Origin: Raja brachyura
Taxonomy: Eukaryota
Direction of reading: 5' to 3'
DNA length: 64,000 nucleotides
NCBI GenBank assembly: GCA_963514005.1
Contig: OY740790.1
Span: 5,022,001 to 5,086,000 of the forward strand
Under the pieces are notes generated by a model, which was given only the letters and a program-made list of their open reading frames with translations, did no database searches and had not been told where the DNA came from. The translations under genes and the position numbers were made by a program. Below, in pieces: positions 1 through 10,165 of this stretch. Each line of letters opens with the position of its first letter. The first letter of the stretch is position 1.

Positions 1-640
1 GTTAGCATTCATAGCAAAAGGATTTGAATATAGGAGCAGGGAGGTTCTACTGAAGTTGTACAGGGGTTTGGTGAGACCACACCTGGAGTATTGCGTACAG
101 TTTTGGTCTCCAAATCTGAGGAAAGACATTCTTGCCATGGAGGGGGTACAGAGAAATTTCACCAGACTGATTCCTGGGATGTCAGGACTTTCATATGAGG
201 AAAGACTGGATATACTCGGCTTGTACTCGGTAGAATTTAGAAGATTGAGGGGGGATCTTATAGAAACGTACAACATTCTTAGGGGGTTGAACAGGCTAGA
301 TGCACGAAGATTGTTCCTGATGTTGGGGAAGTCCAGAACAAGGGGTCACAGTTTAAGGATAAGGGGGAAGTCTTTTAGGACCGAGATGAGAAAAACATTT
401 TTCACACAGAGAGCGGTGAGTCTCTGGAATTCTCTGCCAGAAGGTAGTTGAGGCCAGTTCATTGGCTATATTTAAGAGGGAGCTAGATGTGGCCCTTGTG
501 GCTAAAGGGATCAGGGGGTATGGAGAGAAGGCATGTACAGGATACTGAGTTGAATGATCAGCCATGATTATATTGAATGGCGGTGCACGCTCGAAGGGCC
601 GAATGGCCTACTCCTGCACCTATTTTCTATGTTTCTAAGT
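1..640 (+). mobile_element. CR1-family LINE, 3' end of ORF2 plus 3' tail
   Basis: ORF 56..451 (YRGLVRPHLEYCVQFWSP...FFTQR) is the CR1 RT C-terminus; ends in the ctatgtttcta tail. Confidence 0.9.
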
Positions 641-879
641 GTTTGAGTAATCCAGCAGACTGAATCAGTCTGAAGAAGAGTTCCCACCTCACCTACCAAT
701 ATTCTCCAGAGACGCTCCATGACCAGTTGAGTTACTCCAGCACTTTGTGTCTTTGTGTATTAACCAGCATCTGCATTCTTTGTTTCAACTACATACATGG
801 GTAATACCTTACTCGTTTAAAGCAGACATTGGGCAATAACGGATACTATCCCCCCCACACCATGGTCCGTTAAAACTTG

Positions 880-1465
880 AGTTCAGAAGTTGGATGTTAA
901 ACTAGAGAGTTACAAGAAATCGGTGAGGCTGAATTGGGAATACAATGTTGAGTTTTCATCAAGCTACTCTAGGAAAGATATCATTAGGCTAGAAGAGTGG
1001 TGAGAAGATTTACAAGAATGTTGCCAGGACTCGAGGGCCTGAGCTGGAGGGAAAAGTAGGGCAGGCTCAGACTTTACTCCTTTATACCTCTAGAAGGCAG
1101 AAGAGTGATCCTATAAAGGTGTATAAAACCATGAGGGGAATAGATAGGGTGAATGCAGTCTTTTACACAGGATAGTGGAATCACGATATAGGTGTAAGAT
1201 GAGAGGAACAAGATTTAACAGGAATGTGTGGGGAACATTCTCATACACAGGGTGGTGGGTATATGGAACAGGCTGCCAGAGGAAACAGTTGAGGCAGGTA
1301 CAATAACAGCATTTAAAAGACACATGGTCAGATACATGGATAGGAAAGGATTAGAGGACATGAGGTAAACATGGGTAAGTGGGACTAGCATACATGGGGC
1401 ATCAGGCTGCCTTGCACGAGCTGAGCTGAGGGGCCTGTTTTTGTGCTGTATGACTCTATGTCTCT
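880..1465 (+). mobile_element. Degenerate CR1-family LINE 3' fragment
   Basis: Decayed CR1 3' sequence (ttttacacag...gtggtgggtatatggaac...gggcctgttttt). Confidence 0.7.
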
Positions 1466-1819
1466 GAGTTATTAATGGGCTGGGAAATGCTTTGAGATGT
1501 CCTGGGGTTGTGGAAACCTTCAACAAAATAAAAAACCATCAAATAAAAGTGGAAATAGTGTGGTTGTCATAAACTGTACTGAAAGAGTTTGATGAAACAG
1601 CACTGTAGTAAAAGGGTGATTCTGCTTCTCTCCCCACAGATGCTGCCCGAGCTGCCGAGTGTTTCGTGCAGGAGGCTCAATAATGTCAGGGGGCGAGATT
1701 TGTAGCTCACAGTGTTTTCCATCCTGGGATCAGCAGGTGGTGAGTGCAGTTTAGTTTGGATCAATGTTCCTAATGTGATCAGGAGGTGGGTCAGAGACTG
1801 GAAAACACATCATACTGGC

Positions 1820-4800
1820 AGCTGGGTGCTGGGGCGGGGAGCTGGGTGCTGGGGCGGGGAGCTGGGTGCTGGGGCGGGGAGCTGGGTGCTGGGGCGGGGA
1901 GCTGGGTGCTGGGGCGGGGAGCTGGGTGCTGGGGCGGGGAGCTGGGTGCTGGGGCGGGGAGCTGGGTGCTGGGGCGGGGAGCTGGGTGCTGGGGCGGAGG
2001 AGCTGGGTGCTGGGGCGGAGGAGCTGGGTGCTGGGGCGGAGGAGCTGGGTGCTGGGGCGGAGGAGCTGGGTGCTGGGGCGGAGGAGCTGGGTGCTGGGGC
2101 GGAGGAGCTGGGTGCTGGGGCGGAGGAGCTGGGTGCTGGGGCGGAGGAGCTGGGTGCTGGGGCAGAGGAGCTGGGTGCTGGGGCGGGGAGCTGGGTGCTG
2201 GGGCGGGGAGCTGGGTGCTGGGGCGGGGAGCTGGGTGCTGGGGCGGGGAGCTGGGTGCTGGGGCGGGGAGCTGGGTGCTGGGGCGGGGAGCTGGGTGCTG
2301 GGGCGGGGAGCTGGGTGCTGGGGCGGGGAGCTGGGTGCTGGGGCGGGGAGCTGGGTGCTGGGGCGGGGAGCTGGGTGCTGGGGCGGGGAGCTGGGTGCTG
2401 GGGCGGGGAGCTGGGTGCTGGGGCGGGGAGCTGGGTGCTGGGGCGGGGAGCTGGGTGCTGGGGCGGGGAGCTGGGTGCTGGGGCGGGGAGCTGGGTGCTG
2501 GGGCGGGGAGCTGGGTGCTGGGGCGGGGAGCTGGGTGCTGGGGCGGGGAGCTGGGTGCTGGGGCAGGGGAGCTGGGTGCTGGGGCGGGGAGCTGGGAGCT
2601 GGGGCGGGGAGCTGGGTGCTGGGGCGGGGAGCTGGGTGCTGGGGCGGGGAGCTGGGTGCTGGGGCGGGGAGCTGGGTGCTGGGGCGGGGAGCTGGGTGCT
2701 GGGGCGGGGAGCTGGGTGCTGGGGCGGGGAGCTGGGTGCTGGGGCGGGGAGCTGGGTGCTGGGGCGGGGAGCTGGGTGCTGGGGCGGGGAGCTGGGTGCT
2801 GGGGCGGGGAGCTGGGTGCTGGGGCGGGGAGCTGGGTGCTGGGGCGGGGAGCTGGGTGCTGGGGCGGGGAGCTGGGTGCTGGGGCGGGGAGCTGGGTGCT
2901 GGGGCGGGGAGCTGGGTGCTGGGGCGGGGAGCTGGGTGCTGGGGCGAGGAGCTGGGTGCTGGGGCGGAGGAGCTGGGTGCTGGGGCGGAGGAGCTGGGTG
3001 CTGGGGCGGAGGAGCTGGGTGCTGGGGCGGAGGAGCTGGGTGCTGGGGCGGGGGAGCTGGGTGCTGGGGCGGGGGAGCTGGGTGCTGGGGCGGGGGAGCT
3101 GGGTGCTGGGGCGGGGAGCTGGGTGCTGGGGCGGGGAGCTGGGTGCTGGGGCGGGGAGCTGGGTGCTGGGGCGGGGAGCTGGGTGCTGGGGCGGGGAGCT
3201 GGGTGCTGGGGCGGGGAGCTGGGTGCTGGGGCGGGGAGCTGGGTGCTGGGGCGGGGAGCTGGGTGCTGGGGCGGGGAGCTGGGTGCTGGGGCGGGGAGCT
3301 GGGTGCTGGGGCGGGGAGCTGGGTGCTGGGGCGGGGAGCTGGGTGCTGGGGCGGGGAGCTGGGTGCTGGGGCGGGGAGCTGGGTGCTGGGGCGGGGAGCT
3401 GGGTGCTGGGGCGGGGAGCTGGGTGCTGGGGCGGGGAGCTGGGTGCTGGGGCGGGGAGCTGAATGCTGGGGCGAGGAGCTGGGTGCTGGGGCGGGGAGCT
3501 GGGTGCTGGGGCGAGGACCTGGGTGCTGGGGCGAGGAGCTGGGTTCTGGGGCGAGGAGCTGGGTGCTGGGGTGAGGAGCTGGGTGCTGGGGTGAGGAGCT
3601 GGGTGCTGGGGTGAGGAGCTGGGTGAGGATCTGGTGCAGCAGCTGGGTGCTGGGGTGGAGGAGCTGGGTGCTGGGGCGGGGAGCTGGGTGCTGGGGTGGA
3701 GGAGCTAGGTGCTTGGGCAAGGAGCTGGGTGAGGAGCTGGTGCGGCAGCTTGGTGCTGGGGCGGGGAGCTGGGTGCTGGGGTAGAGGAGCTGGGTGCTGG
3801 GGTGGAGGAGCTGGGTGCTGGGGTGGAGGAGCTGGGTGCTGGGGTGGAGGAGCTGGGTGCTGGGGTGGAGGAGCTGGGTGCTGGGGTGGAGGAGCTGGGT
3901 GCTGGGGTGGAGGAGCTGGGTGCTGGGGTGGAGGAGCTGGGTGCTGGGGTGGAGGAGCTGGGTGCTGGGGTGGAGGAGCTGGGTGCTGGGGTAGAGGAGC
4001 TGGGTGCTGGGGTAGAGGAGCTGGGTGCTGGGGTAGAGGAGCTGGGTGCTGGGGTAGAGGAGCTGGGTGCTGAGGTAGAGGAGCTGGGTGCTGGGGTGAG
4101 GAGCTGGGTGCTGGGGTGAGGAGCTGGGTGCTGGGGCGAGGAGCTGGGTGAGGAGCTGGTGCAGCAGCTGGGTGCTGGGGTGGAGGAGCTGGGTGCTGGG
4201 GCGGGGAGCTGGGTGCTGGGGTGGAGGAGCTAGGTGCTTGGGCAAGGAGCTGGGTGAGGAGCTGGTGCGGCAGCTTGGTGCTGGGGCGGGGAGCTGGGTG
4301 CTGGGGTAGAGGAGCTGGGTGCTGGGGTGGAGGAGCTGGGTGCTGGGGTGGAGGAGCTGGGTGCTGGGGTGGAGGAGCTGGGTGCTGGGGTGGAGGAGCT
4401 GGGTGCTGGGGTGGAGGAGCTGGGTGCTGGGGTGGAGGAGCTGGGTGCTGGGGTGGAGGAGCTGGGTGCTGGGGTGGAGGAGCTGGGTGCTGGGGTGGAG
4501 GAGCTGGGTGCTGGGGTGGAGGAGCTGGGTGCTGGGGTGGAGGAGCTGGGTGCTGGGGTGGAGGAGCTGGGTGCTGGGGTGGAGGAGCTGGGTGCTGGGG
4601 TGGAGGAGCTGGGTGCTGGGGTGGAGGAGCTGGGTGCTGGGGTGGAGGAGCTGGGTGCTGGGGTAGAGGAGCTGGGTGCTGGGGTAGAGGAGCTGGGTGC
4701 TGGGGTAGAGGAGCTGGGTGCTGGGGTAGAGGAGCTGGGTGCTGGGGTAGAGGAGCTGGGTGCTGGGGTAGAGGAGCTGGGTGCTGGGGTAGAGGAGCTG

Positions 4801-5772
4801 GGTGCTGGGGTAGAGGAGCTGGGTGCTGGGGTAGAGGAGCTGGGTGCTGGGGTAGAGGAGCTGGGTGCTGGGGTAGAGGAGCTGGGTGCTGGGGTAGAGG
4901 AGCTGGGTGCTGGGGTAGCGGAGCTGGGTGCTGGGGTAGAGGAGCTGGGTGCTGGGGTAGAGGAGCTGGGTGCTGGGGTAGAGGAGCTGGGTGCTGGGGT
5001 AGAGGTGCTGGGTGCTGGGGCGGGGAGCTGGGTGCTGGGGCGGGGAGCTGGGTGCAGGGGCGGGGAGCTGGGTGCTGGGGCGAGGTGCTGGGTGCTGGGG
5101 CGGAGGAGCTGGGTGCTGGGGCGGAGGAGCTGGGTGCTGGGGCGGGGAGCTGGGTGCAGGGGCGGGGAGCTGGGTGCTGGGGCGAGGTGCTGGGTGCTGG
5201 GGTAGCGGAGCTGGGTGCTGGGGTAGAGGAGCTGGGTGCTGGGGTAGAGGAGCTGGGTGCTGGGGTAGAGGAGCTGGGTGCTGGGGCGGGGAGCTGGGTG
5301 CTGGGGCGGGGAGCTGGGTGCAGGGGCGGGGAGCTGGGTGCTGGGGCGAGGTGCTGGGTGCTGGGGCGGAGGAGCTGGGTGCTGGGGCGGAGGAGCTGGG
5401 TGCTGGGGCGGAGGAGCTGGGTGCTGGGGCGGAGGAGCTGGGTGCTGGGGCGGAGGAGCTGGGTGCTGGGGCGGAGGAGCTGGGTGCTGGGGCGGAGGAG
5501 CTGGGTGCTGGGGCGGAGGAGCTGGGTGCTGGGGCGGAGGAGCTGGGTGCTGGGGCGGAGGAGCTGGGTGCTGGGGCGGAGGAGCTGGGTGCTGGGGCGG
5601 AGGAGCTGGGTGCTGGGGCGGAGGAGCTGGGTGCTGGGGCGGAGGAGCTGGGTGCTGGGGCGGAGGAGCTGGGTGCTGGGGCGGAGGAGCTGGGTGCTGG
5701 GGCGGAGGAGCTGGGTGCTGGGGCGGAGGAGCTGGGTGCTGGGGCGGAGGAGCTGGGAGCTGGGGTGAGGAG
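1820..5772 (+). repeat. G-rich 20/21-bp tandem array in the IgH J-C intron; switch-region-like
   Basis: Units GAGCTGGGTGCTGGGGCGGG (20 bp) and GAGCTGGGTGCTGGGG(C/T)(G/A)GAG (21 bp); ~190 units estimated from length/unit size; most units carry AGCT and TGCT. Confidence 0.95.
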
Positions 5773-6039
5773 CGGCAATAATCTGCCCGTCTGGGATGCC
5801 ATCCTGGGGGCATTTAGTGCCAATTGCGTTGCTGTGTCAGTGGTCAGAAATAGGCTCGAATGAGTAAGGCCAACAGATCTCCTGCTCTGAGGGACAGCAG
5901 GGAAACTGAAAAGTTATCATTACTGTGGATTAGTGCACAATATCCAGGTTACTAACAAAAGAAAATCTGACACAGGTCCAATCTGTCCCAGATTATGAAC
6001 AGTTTAAATTCCACAGCTGTTGCGGAATTAAACTGGGGT

Positions 6040-6240
6040 CTGATTGCAGCCTGATGCCCGTCCATTGGATCACTGTAACTGTGGTGTCTCGGACAACATT
6101 CCCCCCTCACCAGCGGTTTGCCGATTCTGCTGTGTGCAGAGTGGATCCACAGTCCCTCCTTTACAACACGGCTCTATTGTGAACATGCCTCACTGCCCGT
6201 GAAGCGCTCGGGGACACCATGAAAGGTGCTCTGTGAATGA
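6040..6240 (+). mobile_element. Degenerate Deu-domain SINE (SacSINE1-like) fragment
   Basis: ctgctgtgtgcagagtggatcc...gtgaagcgctcggggacaccatgaaaggtgct resembles the recalled 3' part of shark DeuSINEs; similar remnant near 1480-1530. Confidence 0.5.
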
Positions 6241-6689
6241 CCACTGAGATTCACTGAGACACCAGCAGCCCTGGTTAATGGAGCAAAGCACTTGTTGGAC
6301 AAACCCAGTCGGCTGACGGAGGAGGGCAGCAAATTAGAGCCGTTCCTCCATCTGTGAACTGGGAAAAAGCAGTTCATTTGTGCAGCAAAACCCACGTCAA
6401 AAACACCAAGCAACTCGACTCAGAATCTAAACTACGCGCATCAGTGAATTCACAATGAAGAATAAAAGGTATCGACTTACTAAGGATCTCTAAATGTTGA
6501 AATTCAATACAAGACGCAAAGAAAACCTGGTGGACTAAAACCCACATCTAGAACCATGTACAAAATTCTCTCATTATGTTCAAATCATTCGTTATTGTGA
6601 ACCTTTGTTTTTGAACCAAACAGCATCAATTTGTTTTACAATCTAGAGAATGTTCTGTGTTCTGAAGCATTTACACAAGGAGTGTTTGA

Positions 6690-7020
6690 CAGAGCAATGC
6701 AGAGGGAGCTTGACTCTGTGTCAAACACTTCTCCCTGCACTGGGAGTATGTAACAATGTAGAGGGAACTTCACTCAGTGTCTAACCCGTACCCTGGGTGT
6801 GTGTGGGGACAGTGTAGAGGGAACTTCACTCAGTGACTAACCCGTACCCTGGGTGTGTGTGGGGACAGTGTAGAGGGAACTTCACTCAGTGACTAACCCG
6901 TACCCTGGGTGTGTGTGGGGACAGGTTGGAGGGAGCCTCACTCCTTGTCTAACCTGTGCTGTCCCTTCCCTGGGAGCGTTGGGACAGGACAGATGGAACT
7001 TTGTGTCTAATCTGTAGCTG
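6690..7020 (+). repeat. ~56-57 bp minisatellite (3 near-perfect plus degenerate copies)
   Basis: gtagagggaacttcactcagtgactaacccgtaccctgggtgtgtgtggggacagt repeated. Confidence 0.85.
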
Positions 7021-7149
7021 ACAGCACAGTGACACAGGGAGATTTATTCAGCATTTGACTCGTGCTCTGTCTGCCTGGATGTGTTTCATGGGATCGCTTT
7101 GCGGGAGCAGGTACTGGATTCATAACGTCATAGATTAATAGTGTGGAAA

Positions 7150-8440
7150 CGGGCAGATTAATCTCCAAAAGACTGGAGGGTGGCTGATACTGACACGTAA
7201 TTGAAGGACATTCGGGCCAAGCCAGGGATCTACACCAGTGAGCCTGACGTCTTTGTTGGGAATGTCCTTAGGGACAGGAACTACCAGTATTTGGATAGGC
7301 ACGGACTGATTAGGGATAGTCCTAAGTTTACAAGATCTAGATCACTTGGGAGGGTGGGCCAAGGATTAGGGACAGCATGGCTTGTGTTGGGGAAATTGTG
7401 CCTCATGAACCTGAAAGGGTTCAACAAGGTCTGGCATGGTGGGCTGGCGTGGAGGGTTAGACCACATGAAACTCAACATGAGCTAAATTAGCTTGGAGGA
7501 AGTGGACTGCTGCAGGGGTCAGTGCTGAGACCACTGCTGTTGGTTATCTACATTAACAGTTTGCCATACAATACAGTGGACATTGATAGTAAGTTTGCAG
7601 ATGACACCAAAATCAGTGCATGAGTGGACAGTGAGAAGGATAAGTTTACAATAAGATCTAGATCAGTTGGGAAGGGGAGCCAAGGAATGCCAAATGTAAT
7701 TTAACTCTGACAAGTGAGGGGGTGTTGAACTTTGGTAGATCAAGCCAGGACTGGACTTCCACAGTAAATGGTAGAGCCTGGAGAGTGTTGTAGAACAGAC
7801 AGATGTGGAAATGCAGGGGCATGGTTCGCTGAGAGGGGCGAGTTAGGTGGACAGGGAGCTGGGGTGGCTTTTGGCAGACTGCCTTCAATGGGAAGGGTAC
7901 CGAGTATAAAAGTTGGGACATGATGATGCAGCTGTACAAGTCATTGGTGAGACCACGCTTGGAGTAAGTACTGTGCAGTTCTGGTCACCCAGCTACAGGA
8001 TGGCATTATATTGGAAAGGATTTAGAAAATTTTCACCAAGATATTTTCGGAACATGTGGGGTTCTGTTTTAGGGAGAGAGAGGATAAGGTGTTTTATTTC
8101 CTATGGAGCAAAGGACACTGGGCAGCAACCTTACTGAAGTGAACAAGATCATGAGGGGCATGGATAAGGTCATGCTCACAGGCGTTTTCCCAGGATAGTG
8201 GTTTCTTAAACAAGAGGGCACAGGAGTAAAGTGAGTGGGGAGAGATTTAAAAGGGGACTTCAGGGGCATTTTTATTCACATTGGGACGGCAGTATCTGGA
8301 ATCAGTTGCCAGAGGAAACTATAAAAACAGATAGAATTACAATTATCAAAAAAATCCGGTATATGGATGAGAAGGATATGTGGCCAATGGGACGAGCCCA
8401 GAAAGCCAGCCTGGTCGGCATACACAAGATGGACTGAAGG
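7150..8440 (+). mobile_element. Old degenerate CR1 LINE ORF2 fragment
   Basis: aagtttgcagatgacaccaaa (KFADDTK), gtgagaccacgcttggagta, ttctggtcacc; many disablements. Confidence 0.8.
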
Positions 8441-8668
8441 CAGATGATGGCGAGACTCGGGGAAAGAACAGCCTGTGGGGCAGTTCAACGCTGTGGGGAA
8501 TGTACTGTTGTTGGGTAGATTCTAACTCTGGAGAAACCCGCCTGTCTCCGGGAAATCCGTGCAAATGTTCCAAATATCTCACCGAGTTCAGGTCAATGAC
8601 AGAATTCGCAAAGACCATAAATTAATAAAACACATCTGGGTAAAATGGAATTGAGGAATTGGTCTTAC

Positions 8669-8716
8669 CTGAAGTCACTGTCAGCGAGGTTCCTGCACCC
8701 CAGTATTCAAGATAGT
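8669..8716 (-). CDS. IGHJ: Immunoglobulin heavy-chain J segment (YLEYWGAGTSLTVTS)
   Basis: WGxG motif and TVTS end; phase-1 splice donor CAG|GTAAGA at 8669/8668; preceded by an RSS. Confidence 0.95.
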
Positions 8717-8755
8717 CACACTGCTCCATCTCCCCACTCAGTCAGTACAATAACT
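8717..8755 (-). promoter_or_regulatory. J recombination signal sequence, 23-bp spacer
   Basis: Read on +: heptamer CACACTG 8717-8723, 23 nt, nonamer ACAATAACT 8747-8755. Confidence 0.9.
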
Positions 8756-9081
8756 CCACTCGCCCTCCACATCCAATAATCTCAGCAAAGTGTCAACGTG
8801 AACTCTGGCCGGACCAGGAGCAGCCGCTTCCTGCATTTCCATCCCAATCTCTATCCTTGTTCAACGTCTGGTGTGAATAAAAGAGGCATTTTTGCCGCCT
8901 GCTGCCACCGGCTCTGGCCGCCCCTCACAAACATAATCGCCTCCTTTCCGGCTTTTAACCGGCCAGAAATGGACATTTCTTCCCTGCAGTGCGAGCCAGG
9001 CTTCAGGGATTTGACTCTGGCAAGCAGCAATGCACAATGGGTGGAGACAGACTGCGCTGCGGACGCTCATTTGTCGGGGGC

Positions 9082-9109
9082 AGTTTTTGTTCAGCTCTCC
9101 GCCGCCGTG
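9082..9109 (-). promoter_or_regulatory. D2 3' RSS, 12-bp spacer
   Basis: Minus strand: heptamer CACGGCG (9109-9103), 12 nt, nonamer ACAAAAACT (9090-9082). Confidence 0.8.
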
Positions 9110-9118
9110 GGCCAGTAT
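9110..9118 (-). other. IGHD: IgH D2 segment (ATACTGGCC, 9 bp)
   Basis: Flanked by two 12-RSSs; expected position between D1 and J. Confidence 0.8.
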
Positions 9119-9146
9119 CACGGTGATTCACCGCCGCTCACAAACT
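9119..9146 (-). promoter_or_regulatory. D2 5' RSS, 12-bp spacer
   Basis: Read on +: CACGGTG 9119-9125, spacer attcaccgccgc, nonamer TCACAAACT 9138-9146 (non-consensus). Confidence 0.75.
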
Positions 9147-9429
9147 GCGCTACCACATCCAGCCCGATATCCACCGTGTCCATGTGTCCCGCACAGCAGC
9201 GTCCAGTCTCGGCCATTGCAGCCCTGTAGTGGACAGGAGATAACCCACCGCGACTGTCACCGTGCCTCGACCCACAGCGGCTCCTCGCTGCTTGTGTTCC
9301 CACATCTCCAGTGGAACTTGTTCCCTGTGCCAGATGATGCACTCGGGATCTGGTTTATATCCACGGGTCCCGGGGAAAGGCGGCGGCCGCAGCGCCCAGA
9401 GACGCGATTTAAAGCGTTTGGTTGCGGCA

Positions 9430-9467
9430 GGTTTTTGTATGGAGGAAGTCCCATCTCTCACACTGTG
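9430..9467 (-). promoter_or_regulatory. D1 3' RSS, 22-bp spacer
   Basis: Minus strand: consensus CACAGTG (9467-9461), 22 nt, consensus ACAAAAACC (9438-9430). Confidence 0.92.
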
Positions 9468-9480
9468 CCACCCATGTAGT
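9468..9480 (-). other. IGHD: IgH D1 segment (ACTACATGGGTGG, 13 bp)
   Basis: Lies between a 12-RSS and a 22-RSS. Confidence 0.88.
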
Positions 9481-9508
9481 CACTGTGATTCACCGCCGTA
9501 CAATAACC
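9481..9508 (-). promoter_or_regulatory. D1 5' RSS, 12-bp spacer
   Basis: Read on +: CACTGTG 9481-9487, spacer attcaccgccgt, nonamer ACAATAACC 9500-9508. Confidence 0.88.
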
Positions 9509-9716
9509 CCCATCCTCTCTCACTGTCTCCGAGCCCAGTCACTCCGCACGCCCGACTGTCAACTTGGAGCCCAAGGTCTCTCTCTGTTCATCGATGTTCC
9601 TTCTCGCCCAACCATTGACCGTGTCTCAGAGACGGACACCGGGCCTGATCGACCCGTGAATCCAGTTCCACCCACGGCGCTTGGCTCCGAGCTGAGGACA
9701 GGTTCTCTCTCCCCTG

Positions 9717-9755
9717 GGTTGTTGTACCGGCCCGGCCCCGCTTCCTCTCACTGTG
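9717..9755 (-). promoter_or_regulatory. V RSS, 23-bp spacer
   Basis: Minus strand: CACAGTG (9755-9749), 23 nt, ACAACAACC (9725-9717). Confidence 0.93.
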
Positions 9756-10059
9756 TCTGCCGCACAGTAATAGATGGCCGTGTCGCTCAGACTCAGGCGG
9801 TTCATTTGGAGATAGACGTTGCTGCTGTCCGTGGAAATCTCGAATCGGCCGCTGAAGGCAGGTGCGTAATATTCATCATCATCATCATCATAATCTATTG
9901 CTCCCACCCACTCCAGCCCTTTCCCGGGGACCTGTTTCACCCAGTGCACGTAGTAGCCGCTGAGGCTGAACCCGCTGGTTGCACAGGTCAGTTTGTGGGA
10001 CCCTCCGGGCTTTGCCACCGCGGTCGGGGTCTGAGTCAGCTCGTCCGCGGATCGAACGC
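9756..10059 (-). CDS. IGHV: Immunoglobulin heavy-chain V exon, IgW-like
   Basis: Open frame [10 protein letters not shown]...[31 protein letters not shown]...DTAIYYCAA with canonical Cys/Trp/YYC; acceptor tttattggcag at 10060; IgW call is from recalled [18 protein letters not shown]/short FR3 and is less certain. Confidence 0.95.
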
Positions 10060-10165
10060 CTGCCAATAAAAGAGAAACAAAGTTGAATAAACAGTTGAAG
10101 AGGCAGAGGGTGAAAGAGTGTCCGAGATGCAGCCCGGCCCCGAGTGGGGACACACACACACCCAC

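Noticed and set aside
1708-1714. Isolated CACAGTG heptamer next to the array
   Set aside because: No nonamer at 12 or 23 bp.
1820-5772. CRISPR-like interpretation of this and other arrays
   Set aside because: Head-to-tail repeats without unique spacers, in a vertebrate context with no cas genes.
1712-5863. Long ORFs (up to 1337 aa) over the G-rich array
   Set aside because: They are open in many frames on both strands simply because the unit lacks stop codons; there is no splice or domain evidence.
6174-6413. GVPERFTGS peptide resembling light-chain FR3
   Set aside because: No other V motifs or RSS; it lies in the antisense of a Deu-SINE remnant.
9258-9279. Possible third D segment (caccgtg-8 nt-cacagcg)
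   Set aside because: Heptamer-like pair, but no acceptable nonamer at 12 or 22/23 bp on either side.
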